Shown here piece by piece: positions 8,096 to 19,844 of a DNA stretch of 64,000 bases. Made by a program: the position numbers and the translations under genes. Source of the DNA: an uncultured bacterium (GTDB lineage Bacteria; Auribacterota; Erginobacteria; Erginobacterales; Erginobacteraceae); assembly GCA_963822585.1 (NCBI GenBank), contig CAWGIE010000008.1, positions 63,226-127,225 on the forward strand, given 5' to 3'. The notes under the pieces are model-generated. The model did no database searches, was not told where the DNA came from, and saw only the letters and a list, made by a program, of their open reading frames with translations. The number at the start of each line of letters is the position of its first letter. Within the stretch, counting starts at the first letter, position 1.

Positions 8096-8961
8096 ACTTC
8101 GCCGGCGGTAATTACACATTACACTTTGCACTACAAGGTGCGCCGGAGGCGCTGACTTGCTGCTTCGGAGTTTTAATAATCGGAAAAACCCGATTATTAA
8201 AATCCCGAAACAGATGGAAAAGCATCTAAAATAAAATCGATGTATTATTTTAACGGTTCCATCTGGCCTATATGGCAATAATGGCATTCAAAACGGGAGG
8301 ATTGGTTGGATTATCCTGCTTTCTCTGTTGCAGCTGACGAAAAAGCTCAGAGTCCACCTTTAATTTCGCACCATAATGAGAAAAGACTAATTGTATTTTT
8401 CGTTTAAGGATTAACTTGATTTTATGGTGACGGGTGAACAATTCCATAAGGTCAATGTTAAACATACTTTTTATCCTATTCAATCACATTCGATCGTCTG
8501 TTTAATAAAGAGGCCGAGGTAGAGGGCAATTCGTGTATATTCGTGTAATTCGTGGTTTATTAAAGGGGGCGAGGTAGGGGGAACGTAATCTGTGTTCATC
8601 TGTGTAAACTTGTGGTGTCTTTAGACCCTGAGCAAAGTCGAAGGGAAGCTATAGTCCTGAGCTTGTCGAAGGGCGGAATCGAATCCATCTGTGGATTTTA
8701 AAGTTGCCCGAGCCCCGGTAAACCGGGGTAGACTGCGCGAGGGCTAAGTTCCTGTTTCGGAATTTCAATAAAGCTGTGTAAAGTATCAGGTGTCAGGTGT
8801 AAAGATCCATTACACTTTACACTTTAAACTTTACACTACAAGTTCCGCCGGAGGCGCTAACTTGCTGTTTCGGAATTTCAATCAATCGGGCCGACACAGC
8901 GGTCGGTCCCTACGTAGGGGAGGGCCGCCGTGCCCTCCCTCAGTTGCGAAGCTAAGTTCTA
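8096..8961 (+). repeat. Tandem stack of about four cassette-like repeat units between scpB and pheA
   Basis: Right-end/left-end junctions at about 8134-8180, 8701-8770 and 8839-8882; terminal right end at 8941-8960. Cargo includes tandem-repeat arms and GTAG-REP-like palindromes. Confidence 0.7.
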
Positions 8962-10026
8962 ATGACCACTAAAGATCTCCGGGAAAAAATCAAGCTCCTT
9001 GATGAAAAGTTGCTCAGGCTTCTCAATCGCCGCGGCCGGCTTGTTCGTCGGGTGAATGACTCGGTGCCGAAAGCGGAAACCGCCGGCTACGATCCGGCCG
9101 GTGACGAGAAAGTGCTTGGGGAAATCGTCCGTCATAACACCGGCCCACTGGAGGATCCGTCGATCCGGGCCGTTTACCGGGAGATACTCTCCGCCTGCCG
9201 CAAGATCTCGGGGCCGCTGCGGATTTCCTATCTGGGTCCGGAAGCCACCTTCACTCACGCCGCGGCCCGAAAACAATTCGGTACGTCGGGGGTTTTCATC
9301 CCGGCGGAGAGCATCAGCGGGGTCTTCCGGGAAGTGGAGAACGGCGCCGCCGATTACGGGGTGGTCCCGATCGAGAATTCGCTGGAGGGGGCGGTTACCT
9401 ATACTCTTGATATGCTTCTGGATTCTCCCCTCCAGGTCTGCTCGGAAATCTTCCTCCGGGTCTCTCATTGCCTGCTTTCCAATGTCCCCCTCTCCCGGAT
9501 TGAGAAGGTCTACTCTCACCCCAGCGTTTTTGGCCAGTGCCGGCGTTTTCTGCAGAAGGCTCTCCCTCATGCCGATTTGAGAGAGGTCGCCAGCACTGCC
9601 CGGGCGGCGGAACTGGCCGCCGCGGAGAAAGGAAGCGCCGCCCTGGCCGGGAGTCTCTCCGCTTCGATTTACGGGTTGAAAATCATTCGGCGAAACGTGG
9701 AGGACAGCGCCAGCAATATTACCCGTTTCCTGGTTATCGGGAAATCCGGCCCCCACCCCAGCGGCCGGGACCGGACTTCGATTCTCTTCTCCCTGCCCCA
9801 TCGCTCCGGTTCTCTTCACGACGCTCTGAACGCGTTCAAGGCCCGCGGCATCAACCTGACCCGGATCGAGTCCCGGCCGTCAAAGCAAAAGGCGTGGGAG
9901 TATTACTTCTTCGTGGACCTGGAGGGACATCATCGTTCCGGAAAGGTCAAAGAAGCCCTGGAAGAGCTGGAGGCGAACAGCAAATTCATGAAACTCCTCG
10001 GCTCCTATCCGATGGGACAAATCTAA
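8962..10026 (+). CDS. pheA: Chorismate mutase / prephenate dehydratase (P-protein)
   Basis: N-terminal CM-like helices; [26 protein letters not shown] domain with TRIESRP. Confidence 0.95.
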   Translation: MTTKDLREKIKLLDEKLLRLLNRRGRLVRRVNDSVPKAETAGYDPAGDEKVLGEIVRHNTGPLEDPSIRAVYREILSACRKISGPLRISYLGPEATFTHAAARKQFGTSGVFIPAESISGVFREVENGAADYGVVPIENSLEGAVTYTLDMLLDSPLQVCSEIFLRVSHCLLSNVPLSRIEKVYSHPSVFGQCRRFLQKALPHADLREVASTARAAELAAAEKGSAALAGSLSASIYGLKIIRRNVEDSASNITRFLVIGKSGPHPSGRDRTSILFSLPHRSGSLHDALNAFKARGINLTRIESRPSKQKAWEYYFFVDLEGHHRSGKVKEALEELEANSKFMKLLGSYPMGQI

Positions 10027-10057
10027 AATATGCATTCTAAAAAAGGGGGTACAGAAA

Positions 10058-10870
10058 ATGGTTGGTAAAGAAATCCGCATGGAGCGGATTATGAACAGGA
10101 ACTCCGGCCGAACCATCATCATTCCCCTGGACCACGGAATCACGCTGGGCCCGATCCCCGGTTTAACCGATATGAGTCTGGCCATCGACCGGGTGGTCAA
10201 TGGGGGGGCGAACGCGATCATCATGCACAAGGGGATGGTCAAGGCCGGCCATCGCGGAAGGGGGAAGGATGTGGGCCTGATCGTCCATCTCTCGGCCAGC
10301 ACTATTTTAAGTCCGGACCCCCATGATAAAGTGCTCGTCTGCACGGTGGAAGAGGCCGTGCGGCTCGGGGCCGACGCCGTCTCCATCCATGTCAACTTGG
10401 GGGCGCCGACCGACAGCCGGATGCTTCAGATTATGGGCGCCGTGGCCAAGAGCTGCCGGGATTGGGGTGTGCCCCTGCTGGCGATGATGTACACGCGGGG
10501 AGAAGGGATCACGAATCAGTTTGATGTTAAGTACGTCAAGCATGCCGCCCGGGTGGGAGCGGAGCTCGGGGCGGATATCGTCAAGGTCAATTACACCGGT
10601 TCTCAGGAGAGTTTCCGGGATGTTGTCGCGGGCTGTCCGGTGCCGGTCGTTATCGCCGGCGGAGAAAAAATGGAGACCGATCAGGAACTGCTCACCATGG
10701 TCCGGGAGGCATTGTTGGCCGGGGCCTGCGGGGTATCAATCGGCAGAAATGTTTTTCAGCACGACGATCCGATCGCCATTATCAAGGCGATCGATCTCCT
10801 GGTCCATGAGAACGGGAGCATTGAAGATGCGTTGAGCAGTCTTGGTGAGGGAAAAAAGAGCCAAGATTAA
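10058..10870 (+). CDS. 2-amino-3,7-dideoxy-D-threo-hept-6-ulosonate (ADH) synthase, class I aldolase (AroA'-type)
   Basis: [35 protein letters not shown]; lies next to DHQ synthase II. Confidence 0.85.
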   Translation: MVGKEIRMERIMNRNSGRTIIIPLDHGITLGPIPGLTDMSLAIDRVVNGGANAIIMHKGMVKAGHRGRGKDVGLIVHLSASTILSPDPHDKVLVCTVEEAVRLGADAVSIHVNLGAPTDSRMLQIMGAVAKSCRDWGVPLLAMMYTRGEGITNQFDVKYVKHAARVGAELGADIVKVNYTGSQESFRDVVAGCPVPVVIAGGEKMETDQELLTMVREALLAGACGVSIGRNVFQHDDPIAIIKAIDLLVHENGSIEDALSSLGEGKKSQD

Positions 10871-10883
10871 ATCAAACGGCATA

Positions 10884-10969
10884 ATGGAGTGATGGAAAGA
10901 TGGATTACTGGAGTAATGGGGAACCGCGGCCCGGGCCAGTATTCCATTACTCCAGTATTCCAACACTCC
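10884..10969. repeat. Family A inverted-arm element
   Basis: atggagtgatggaaagatggattactggagtaatgg ... ccagtattccattactccagtattccaacactcc. Confidence 0.9.
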
Positions 10970-11022
10970 GGTTTTCTTTGTAAGATGATTGATCAAACAG
11001 GTGAACCGTTGGAAAAGATATT

Positions 11023-12024
11023 ATGCATGCACCCAAGAAAGTCTGGGTAGACTGCCGTCCCTGGTCGAAGAAAAAAGTATTGACTGCCCTGGAATCCGGC
11101 GCGGACGCGGTTATTGTTCCCCGGGGGAAGGCAAAAACGGTGAAGGAACTCGGAAGGTTGACAACGGTCGGCCCGGACGGCGATCTGCAGCTGGGATTGT
11201 CGGTGGTTGAGATAGAGATCCGGGAACAGGCGGATGAGGAGAGGATTCTTTCCCTGGGAAAAGAAAAAACGGTCATTGTTTCCGGCCGGGGCTGGAAGAT
11301 AATACCTTTGGAAAACATTATCGCCCGTTCGGGGGCGGTGATGGCCTCCGTCGGCAGTCTTCCCGAGGCCAGAACCGCCCTGGGCATCCTGGAGAAGGGT
11401 GTGGCCGGGGTCGTGGTAAAAAGTTCGGATCTCGGGGCGATCAGAGCGGTTATCAGGCTGGTGAAGAACGGCCGGGAAAAACTGGCGCTCGAGGCCGCCC
11501 GGATCGCGGAGATCAGGGAACTCGGCATGGGTGACCGGGTCTGCGTGGACACCTGCTCGGCCATGAGGATAGGGGAGGGGCTGCTGGTGGGCAATACCGG
11601 TTCGGCCTTCTTCCTGGTTCATTCCGAGAGCGTGGCCAACCCCTATGTGGCTCCCCGTCCCTTCCGGGTCAATGCCGGCGGTATTCATGCCTACACGATT
11701 CTCCCCAACGGGAAGACCTGCTATCTCTCCGAGATCGCGATCGGAAGCGAGGTGCTCTCGGTTACTTTCAGGGGAGAGACCCGTCCGGCTATCGTCGGCC
11801 GGGCAAAAGTGGAGAAACGTCCGCTGCTCCTGGTAAAGGCGAAAGCGAAGAAAAAAGAGGTCAGCCTGATTCTGCAGAACGCCGAGACCATTCGGTTGGT
11901 CCGTCCCTCCGGAAAGCCGATTTCGGTGGTGGAGTTGAAGAAAGGTGATGACGTTATGGTCTATTTCTCCGGCGGGGGACGTCATTTCGGGACGAAGATC
12001 AGGGAAAGCATCCAGGAAAAATAA
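11023..12024 (+). CDS. 3-dehydroquinate synthase II (AroB'-type)
   Basis: WKIIPLENIIA, GDRVCVDTC, RPFRVNAG, LQNAETIRL, GRHFG. Confidence 0.93.
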   Translation: MHAPKKVWVDCRPWSKKKVLTALESGADAVIVPRGKAKTVKELGRLTTVGPDGDLQLGLSVVEIEIREQADEERILSLGKEKTVIVSGRGWKIIPLENIIARSGAVMASVGSLPEARTALGILEKGVAGVVVKSSDLGAIRAVIRLVKNGREKLALEAARIAEIRELGMGDRVCVDTCSAMRIGEGLLVGNTGSAFFLVHSESVANPYVAPRPFRVNAGGIHAYTILPNGKTCYLSEIAIGSEVLSVTFRGETRPAIVGRAKVEKRPLLLVKAKAKKKEVSLILQNAETIRLVRPSGKPISVVELKKGDDVMVYFSGGGRHFGTKIRESIQEK

Positions 12025-12030
12025 TGCCGG

Positions 12031-12163
12031 AATGACGAAACCCGAATGTCGAAATCCGAAAGAATTTAGTAATGACGAATGATCGGGTAACATCGACATC
12101 CACCCCGCCTCCGAGGGAGGGGGATTTATTATTCGTTATTCGGATTTCGTCATTCTTTCGTCA
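12031..12163. repeat. Family D inverted-arm element (AATGACG/AATCCGA-type 7-mers)
   Basis: aatgacgaaacccgaatgtcgaaatccgaa ... attcgttattcggatttcgtcattctttcgtca. Confidence 0.75.
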
Positions 12164-12207
12164 GCCGGTTTGTCTTTATTGAATAGGTAATTCAAAGCGA
12201 GGTTTCA

Positions 12208-13110
12208 ATGCCGGGGAAATCCCTCTACAAAAAGGTCACCATCGTCGGCCTCGGATTCATGGGCGGCTCGCTGGGGCTGGCCCTCAAGGATAAGCATCTG
12301 GCCGGAGAGGTCGTGGGGTGGGGAAGGAGCGAAGAGAAGCTCGAAAAAGCCCGAAAACAGGGGGCCGTCGATCGCTGGACCATGGATCGGGATGACGCGC
12401 TCTCCAATGCTGACCTCCTGGTTTTCAGCACGCCGGGCAGCGTAACCCGCCGCCTTGCTCCGGAGTGGTTCGCCCGGGCGCCTTCCGGCTGCCTGATGAC
12501 CGACCTTCTTTCCGTCAAGGGCGGGTTAGTCGATACTCTGACCGGTTTTACCGGTCCTCGGCGGTATTACGTGAGTTCTCATCCTCTATGCGGTTCGGAA
12601 CGGACCGGCGCGTCCGCCGCGCGGCCTGATTTATTCGCCGGTCGCCTTTGTTTGATAACGCCGGTTCGCGGTACGAAAAAACCCGCCATCGGCGAGATTC
12701 AGAAATTATGGCAGGCACTGGGCATGAATGTTGTCTCTCTGGCGCCCGCCAGTCATGACCGGGTGGTGGCGGCCGTCAGCCATCTTCCCCACCTGTCTGC
12801 CGCGGCCCTGGTCAACCGGATCGGCGATGAGAAGCTTTTATCGTACAGCGGTACCGGCCTTCTGGATACCACCCGGATCGCCGCTTCCAGCCCCGTCCTT
12901 TGGACGGAGATAATCATGGAGAACAGCAAAGAGGTGCTCGGGCAGATTGACGGGTTGCTGGAATCCCTGGCGCTGGTAAAGAAATTTCTGCAAGCCGGTG
13001 ATTCTTCCCGGCTTGGCGCCTGGTTGCGGAAAGCCGGTGTCCGCCGGCAGAAGCTGAATATAACCACGAAGAGCACGAAGGAGAAATCGGGAAAGAGAAC
13101 TGTGAAGTAA
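12208..13110 (+). CDS. tyrA: Prephenate/arogenate dehydrogenase
   Basis: IVGLGFMGGS, TDLLSVK, SHPLCGSE, HDRVVAAVSHLPH, DTTRIA. Confidence 0.93.
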   Translation: MPGKSLYKKVTIVGLGFMGGSLGLALKDKHLAGEVVGWGRSEEKLEKARKQGAVDRWTMDRDDALSNADLLVFSTPGSVTRRLAPEWFARAPSGCLMTDLLSVKGGLVDTLTGFTGPRRYYVSSHPLCGSERTGASAARPDLFAGRLCLITPVRGTKKPAIGEIQKLWQALGMNVVSLAPASHDRVVAAVSHLPHLSAAALVNRIGDEKLLSYSGTGLLDTTRIAASSPVLWTEIIMENSKEVLGQIDGLLESLALVKKFLQAGDSSRLGAWLRKAGVRRQKLNITTKSTKEKSGKRTVK

Positions 13111-13315
13111 GAGAGCAAAGAGCCCTTTATTAAAGACGTTCTACCTATCTAATACGATTCGCTTCCGACCGTCTGGCAACAGATTAGAGCGTTGATTGTC
13201 TCAAAATAATTGAAGCGATTCGGAAGATTCCCGCTCCCCGATATGTTATTAACCTTCGTGATCGTAGTCTACCCCGCGATGAACGTAGTTCATTCTGCGG
13301 GGTGTCCTTCGTGGT
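13063..13315. repeat. Family B inverted-arm element with about 170 bp interior; left arm overlaps the tyrA 3' end
   Basis: accacgaagagcacgaagg ... ccttcgtgatc[palindromic insert]gtccttcgtggt. Confidence 0.75.
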
Positions 13316-13361
13316 AAAAATCAGCAAGTCAAAACGTAATACATGAGGGGGATTCATCAGG

Positions 13362-14039
13362 ATGAATACTGAAAAGAAAAATATCATTGTCACCATGGAC
13401 GGGACCTGCGGTTCGGGGAAAAGCACGATCGCCAAACGTCTGGCGGAACGGCTGGGAGTCATTTACCTGGATACCGGGGCCATGTACCGGGCGATCACCT
13501 GGAAGGCCCTCCGGTCGCCGGTGGATCTGAAGGACGTTGCCGGTCTGATTGATCTGGCAAAGAAGACCGAGATCCGCCTGAAAAAGGGCGGCGAGGGGAC
13601 CGATGTTTTCGTCGACGGTCAGGAGGTGACCAGGGTGATCCGTACCCCGGAAGTGACAAATGCCGTGAAATTTCTGGCGGATATTGCGGAGGTCAGGGAG
13701 GAGCTGGTCTCCCAGCAGCGGGAAATCGCCGCTTCCCGGAGCGTGGTCGCGGAAGGGAGAGATACCGGTACCGTAGTCTTCCCGCATGCTGATTATAAGT
13801 TTTACGTGGACGCTCCTTTGGAAGTACGGACCGACCGCCGGTACGCGGAATTTCTCCAGAAGGGCATGAAGGTTACCAGGGAGGAAGTGGAAAAAGACTT
13901 AAGAGCGAGAGACCACGCGGATAAATCCCGGCCGGTCGGAGGGCTGCGGCTGGCCGATGACGGGATCGTAATAGACACCGGCGATACTGACGATGTGGAG
14001 GTTAATTTACAAAAGATCCTAGCCCGTATAAATAAATAA
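13362..14039 (+). CDS. cmk: Cytidylate kinase
   Basis: DGTCGSGKST, YLDTGAMYR, EGRDTGTVVFP. Confidence 0.96.
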   Translation: MNTEKKNIIVTMDGTCGSGKSTIAKRLAERLGVIYLDTGAMYRAITWKALRSPVDLKDVAGLIDLAKKTEIRLKKGGEGTDVFVDGQEVTRVIRTPEVTNAVKFLADIAEVREELVSQQREIAASRSVVAEGRDTGTVVFPHADYKFYVDAPLEVRTDRRYAEFLQKGMKVTREEVEKDLRARDHADKSRPVGGLRLADDGIVIDTGDTDDVEVNLQKILARINK

Positions 14040-14065
14040 CAGACAAAACCCGCCGATTCATCATA

Positions 14066-14166
14066 CTGGAGTAATGGAGTACAGGAATGATGGAGTAATG
14101 GAATTCCGGCCGAGTTGGCTTTCCCGCCCCGCCATTATTCCATCACTCCACCACTCCCGGTTACTC
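14066..14166. repeat. Family A inverted-arm element
   Basis: ctggagtaatggagtacaggaatgatggagtaatgg ... ccattattccatcactccaccactcc. Confidence 0.9.
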
Positions 14167-14213
14167 AATGCGAGCATTCCGAGTAGTTATAAAAGGGTAC
14201 TCCCAGTTAGGTA

Positions 14214-14242
14214 TTGACTGCCGGTCCCCCCAGTGCTACTCT
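14214..14242 (+). promoter_or_regulatory. Putative sigma70 promoter for rpsA
   Basis: TTGACT-17 nt-TACTCT. Confidence 0.45.
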
Positions 14243-14411
14243 CCACCCCCTTAATTTACAGCACGTAATGAAAACTGTACTATTTGTTCAAAACATAAAT
14301 ACTCGCCGAAGGCGCGCATTTATTAAAACTATTATTTTTGCCCGGCAAAAATAATACAACCGAAACGGATATCCCCGGATGGGATAGCCGCGCAAGAAAG
14401 GAACAGTAAAA

Positions 14412-16214
14412 ATGACGGAACCAATCAACGAAACAACTCAACAGATTAATGAGGACGCGGCCGCGGAAGCCCTGTCCAGTGAAGAGCTGGCTGAGATGGT
14501 CAATGCGACCATGCAACATCTGGAAGAAGGGAAGATGGTGACCGGTAAGGTTTACGGGATCCGGTCTGAGTATGTGGTCGTCGACATCGGATACAAGTCC
14601 GAGGGTCTGATCCCCTTAAGCGAATTTGAGACCGAGACCAGCCTGCAGACCGGGGACACGGTGGAAGTGCTCCTGGAGCGGTTGGAGGACAAAGACGGCA
14701 TGGTCTGCATCTCCAAGCAGAAGGCGGACAAGCTGAAAAACTGGGAGAGGATCGTCTCACAATACCAGGAAGGGGACAGTATCTCCGGGGTGATCTCCCG
14801 GCGTGTCAAGGGCGGCATGATGGTCGATATCGGACTGGATGCTTTTCTCCCCGCTTCCCAGGTCGATATTCACTATGTTAAGGATAAAGACGGTCTGATG
14901 GGCCAGGAATTTGATTTTAAAATCATCAAGATCAATGACCGCCGCCGCAATATCGTCCTTTCCCGGCGGGAACTCCTGGAGGAGGAACGGAATCGGGCCC
15001 GGAGCAAGCTTCTCTCCGAGATCGCGGAAGGCGATCTCAGAAAGGGAGTGGTCAAAAATATAACCGATTTCGGGGTTTTTATCGACCTGGGCGGTCTGGA
15101 CGGTTTATTGCACATTACGGATATGTCCTGGGGCCGGATTAGTCATCCCTCCGAGCTGCTGGCGGTGGGAGATGAAGTCGAGGTAAAAATTCTGAAGTAT
15201 GATCGGGATCGGGAACGGGTCTCTCTCGGACTGAAGCAAAAGTCGTCCAACCCGTGGGAGTCGGTGGCGGAAAAATATCCTCCCGGCAAGAAAGTTCAGG
15301 GCCGGGTGGTGAACATTATGCCCTATGGGGCCTTTGTCGAGCTGGAGGATGGAGTGGAAGGCCTGGTCCATATCTCCGAGCTTTCCTGGACGCGGAAGAT
15401 AAACCATCCCACCGAAATTCTGGCGATCGGCGATGTTGTCGAGATCGTTGTCCTCAAGGCCCAGCCGGAAGAAGAAAAAATCTCCCTCGGCATCAAGCAG
15501 CTTGAGGTAAATCCCTGGACGCAGGTCGCCGATAAGTTCCCGGTGGGAAGTATCGTGAAAGGAAAAATTCGGAACATGACTTCCTATGGGGCCTTTCTCG
15601 AACTCGAGGAAGGTATCGATGGGCTGATTCATGTCTCCGACATGTCGTGGACAAAGAAAATAGCCCACCCCTCCCAGTTGTTCAAACGGGGGGATAAGGT
15701 GGAAGCGGTCGTCATCTCGATCGATGCCGAGAATAAAAAGATTTCACTGGGGACCAAACAACTGGAGGTTGACCCCTGGACCGAGGTCACCAGTAGATAC
15801 ACCCCGGGAGATATCATTGAAGGGAAGGTGACCAAAGTCACGGGCTTCGGCGTCTTCGTGGAGCTTGATACCGGTATTGAAGGCCTGGTGCATATTTCCC
15901 AGGTCAGCGATAAGCCGTTCGAGAACATCAAGGACGTCATCTCTGAAGGCGTTATGGTCAAGGCCCAGGTAATCAATATCGACAAGGATGAACGTCGCAT
16001 CGCTTTGAGTATCAAGAATTATCTTCAGGGGAAGGGATTGGAACCGTGTCCGCCTGACGGCGCGGAGAAACCTCGGCCCCAAGTGAAGGATGTCGATACC
16101 CGCCTCAAGGATGGCCTCGAAAAACTGGCGGAGGCGATAGCCGAATCACCCCCGGCCTCCCCCGACGTAGAGGACCAAGAAACGAACGGGGCGCTCGAGG
16201 GAGAAGAGAGATAA
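14412..16214 (+). CDS. rpsA: 30S ribosomal protein S1
   Basis: Six S1 repeats (VDIGYKSEG, DGLLHITDMSW, EGLVHISELSW, and others). Confidence 0.97.
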   Translation: MTEPINETTQQINEDAAAEALSSEELAEMVNATMQHLEEGKMVTGKVYGIRSEYVVVDIGYKSEGLIPLSEFETETSLQTGDTVEVLLERLEDKDGMVCISKQKADKLKNWERIVSQYQEGDSISGVISRRVKGGMMVDIGLDAFLPASQVDIHYVKDKDGLMGQEFDFKIIKINDRRRNIVLSRRELLEEERNRARSKLLSEIAEGDLRKGVVKNITDFGVFIDLGGLDGLLHITDMSWGRISHPSELLAVGDEVEVKILKYDRDRERVSLGLKQKSSNPWESVAEKYPPGKKVQGRVVNIMPYGAFVELEDGVEGLVHISELSWTRKINHPTEILAIGDVVEIVVLKAQPEEEKISLGIKQLEVNPWTQVADKFPVGSIVKGKIRNMTSYGAFLELEEGIDGLIHVSDMSWTKKIAHPSQLFKRGDKVEAVVISIDAENKKISLGTKQLEVDPWTEVTSRYTPGDIIEGKVTKVTGFGVFVELDTGIEGLVHISQVSDKPFENIKDVISEGVMVKAQVINIDKDERRIALSIKNYLQGKGLEPCPPDGAEKPRPQVKDVDTRLKDGLEKLAEAIAESPPASPDVEDQETNGALEGEER

Positions 16215-16216
16215 GG

Positions 16217-16471
16217 CTGTTGTTGAATCCCGGTTTCACCGGGATTGAGCGGGGTAGGGTTGCGGGCGGCCTGGTTCCACAACCGTCCCACGCACCCGAT
16301 TCGAGCCGCGCCACCGCAACCTTTTTCCCCAAAATTACGAACGAAGTGAGCTAACTTGCCGCTTCGGAATTTCAATAACGTAGTATGGAGTGTAAGGTAT
16401 AAAGGGGAAAGTTTCATTACACTTTAAACGTTACACTTTACACTACAAGTTGCGCCGGAGGCGCTAACTTG
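16217..16471 (+). repeat. Two tandem cassette-like repeat units between rpsA and tyrS
   Basis: Junction aaattacgaacgaagtgagctaacttg-ccgcttcggaatttcaat (16332-16377); GTGTAAAG/CTTTACAC arms; right end caagttgcgccggaggcgctaacttg (16447-16471). Confidence 0.7.
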
Positions 16472-16474
16472 TAC

Positions 16475-17698
16475 ATGGATAAAGTCAAACAACAGCTGGA
16501 CGTCATCCGCCGGGGCGCCGTCGACATCATTCCGGAGGATGAACTGGAGGCGAAGATCCGCGGATCGCTGGCCGATGCCCGCCCTCTCCGGGTCAAATAC
16601 GGCGCCGATCCTTCCGCCCCCGACATCCATCTCGGGCATACCGTTCCCCTGCGGAAACTGCGCGAATTCCAGGAGCTGGGACACCTGGTCATTTTTATTA
16701 TCGGTGACTTCACCGCCCTGGTCGGGGACCCTTCCGGCAGATCCGGGACCCGGCGGCGTCTCTCACACGAAGAAGTGATGGAGAACGCCCTTACCTATCA
16801 GGAACAGGTGTTCAAGATACTTAACCGGGACCGCACCGAAGTAGTCTATAACAGTGCCTGGCTGTCGCCTCTGAAGTTTCCCGATATCATCGAACTGACC
16901 TCCAAGTACACGGTGGCCAGGATGCTGGAGCGTGATGACTTTGCGAAAAGGTACCGGGAAGGACGTCCCATCAGCGTTCTCGAATTTCTCTATCCCCTGA
17001 TGCAGGGATATGATTCCGTGATTGTCGAGGCGGACGTGGAATTGGGGGGAACCGATCAGACTTTTAATTTGCTCCTGGCCCGCGAGATCCAGCGGGAATA
17101 TGGGCAGGTCCCCCAGGCCGTCGTAACGCTCCCCTTGTTGGAAGGGACCGACGGGGTGCAGAAGATGAGCAAAAGCTTGGGGAATTACGTGGGGATCAGC
17201 GAGCCGGCCCGGGATATTTACGGTAAGATCATGTCGATATCCGACAACCTGATGTGGCGTTACTTCAAGCTTCTATCGGGACGGAGCCTGGAAGAGATCG
17301 CGGAAGCCCAGCAGGCCTGTTCCGGGGGGACCAACCCGATCGTATGGAAGAAGAAACTCGCCTATGAGATTACCGAGCGCTTCTCCTCCCCGGATGAAGC
17401 CCGCGCGGCGCAGGATCTTTTTGAGACAGTACACCAGAAGCAGGAAGTCCCCCGGGAGATGCCGACGATTACTCTCTCCTCGGATGATATGGGACCCGGG
17501 GGGATTAACATTGTGAACCTGCTCAGGATATCCTCCCTGACGGCGACAAACTCGGAAGCACGGAGAAAAATAAAGGAAGGAGCGGTCACCGTAAACGGAG
17601 AAAAAATATTTGAACACGACACCGTTATCGCAGTCAAAGATAATGACGTCATCAGGCTGGGCAAGCGGAATTTTTGCCGGATCAAATTGCCTGCATGA
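16475..17698 (+). CDS. tyrS: Tyrosine--tRNA ligase
   Basis: GADPSAPDIHLGH, YPLMQGYD, GGTDQ, KMSKS, C-terminal S4-like domain. ATG at 16475; alternative TTG at 16469. Confidence 0.97.
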   Translation: MDKVKQQLDVIRRGAVDIIPEDELEAKIRGSLADARPLRVKYGADPSAPDIHLGHTVPLRKLREFQELGHLVIFIIGDFTALVGDPSGRSGTRRRLSHEEVMENALTYQEQVFKILNRDRTEVVYNSAWLSPLKFPDIIELTSKYTVARMLERDDFAKRYREGRPISVLEFLYPLMQGYDSVIVEADVELGGTDQTFNLLLAREIQREYGQVPQAVVTLPLLEGTDGVQKMSKSLGNYVGISEPARDIYGKIMSISDNLMWRYFKLLSGRSLEEIAEAQQACSGGTNPIVWKKKLAYEITERFSSPDEARAAQDLFETVHQKQEVPREMPTITLSSDDMGPGGINIVNLLRISSLTATNSEARRKIKEGAVTVNGEKIFEHDTVIAVKDNDVIRLGKRNFCRIKLPA

Positions 17699-17717
17699 AA
17701 ATATTTTTATTTTCTTG

Positions 17718-17781
17718 TTGACATTTGGTGACGCCGGATCTACAGTGCCTATGATGATGAAAATAGGATGCTCCTTAACAA
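17718..17781 (+). promoter_or_regulatory. rrn promoter and boxA antitermination site
   Basis: TTGACA-17 nt-TACAGT (17718-17746); TGCTCCTTAACAA (17769-17781) resembles boxA. Confidence 0.7.
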
Positions 17782-17906
17782 TGTAAGAGACATCTATATT
17801 TATTCGCAGGTTTCCAAAAATGCATCTGCGGATGCATTTTTTTTGTTCTTTGAAAATTGAATGGTAAGACGGGCTCCAGTACGAAAGCCGGATCGATTCT
17901 TAAATA

Positions 17907-19504
<1,598 letters not shown>

Positions 19505-19770
19505 AAAGAGTAAAACGACTTTCGTGCTGTGAGCCCGTCTTACCATTTAATTTCTTTTCGCTTCGCGAAAATAAATTAGTGAATCGCGGCTTACGCCGCG
19601 ATTGATGTTCTGCATTCGCGGATTGTAGAAATAGCAACGCGATAGGTTGATACTTCGGAATCAGCACGAATTAACCAATTCCGTGACTATAATTGTTAAC
19701 CCGCGTGCCAGGATCACTCGGCGCCGAAGGCGCCGAGCAATATTTTATTACGCGAAGCGGAATAAAATAA

Positions 19771-19844
<74 letters not shown>

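Noticed and set aside
8268..8483. 71-aa minus-strand ORF in AT-rich cassette cargo
   Set aside because: TTG start inside a repeat arm and no recognisable motif; cannot be supported as a gene.
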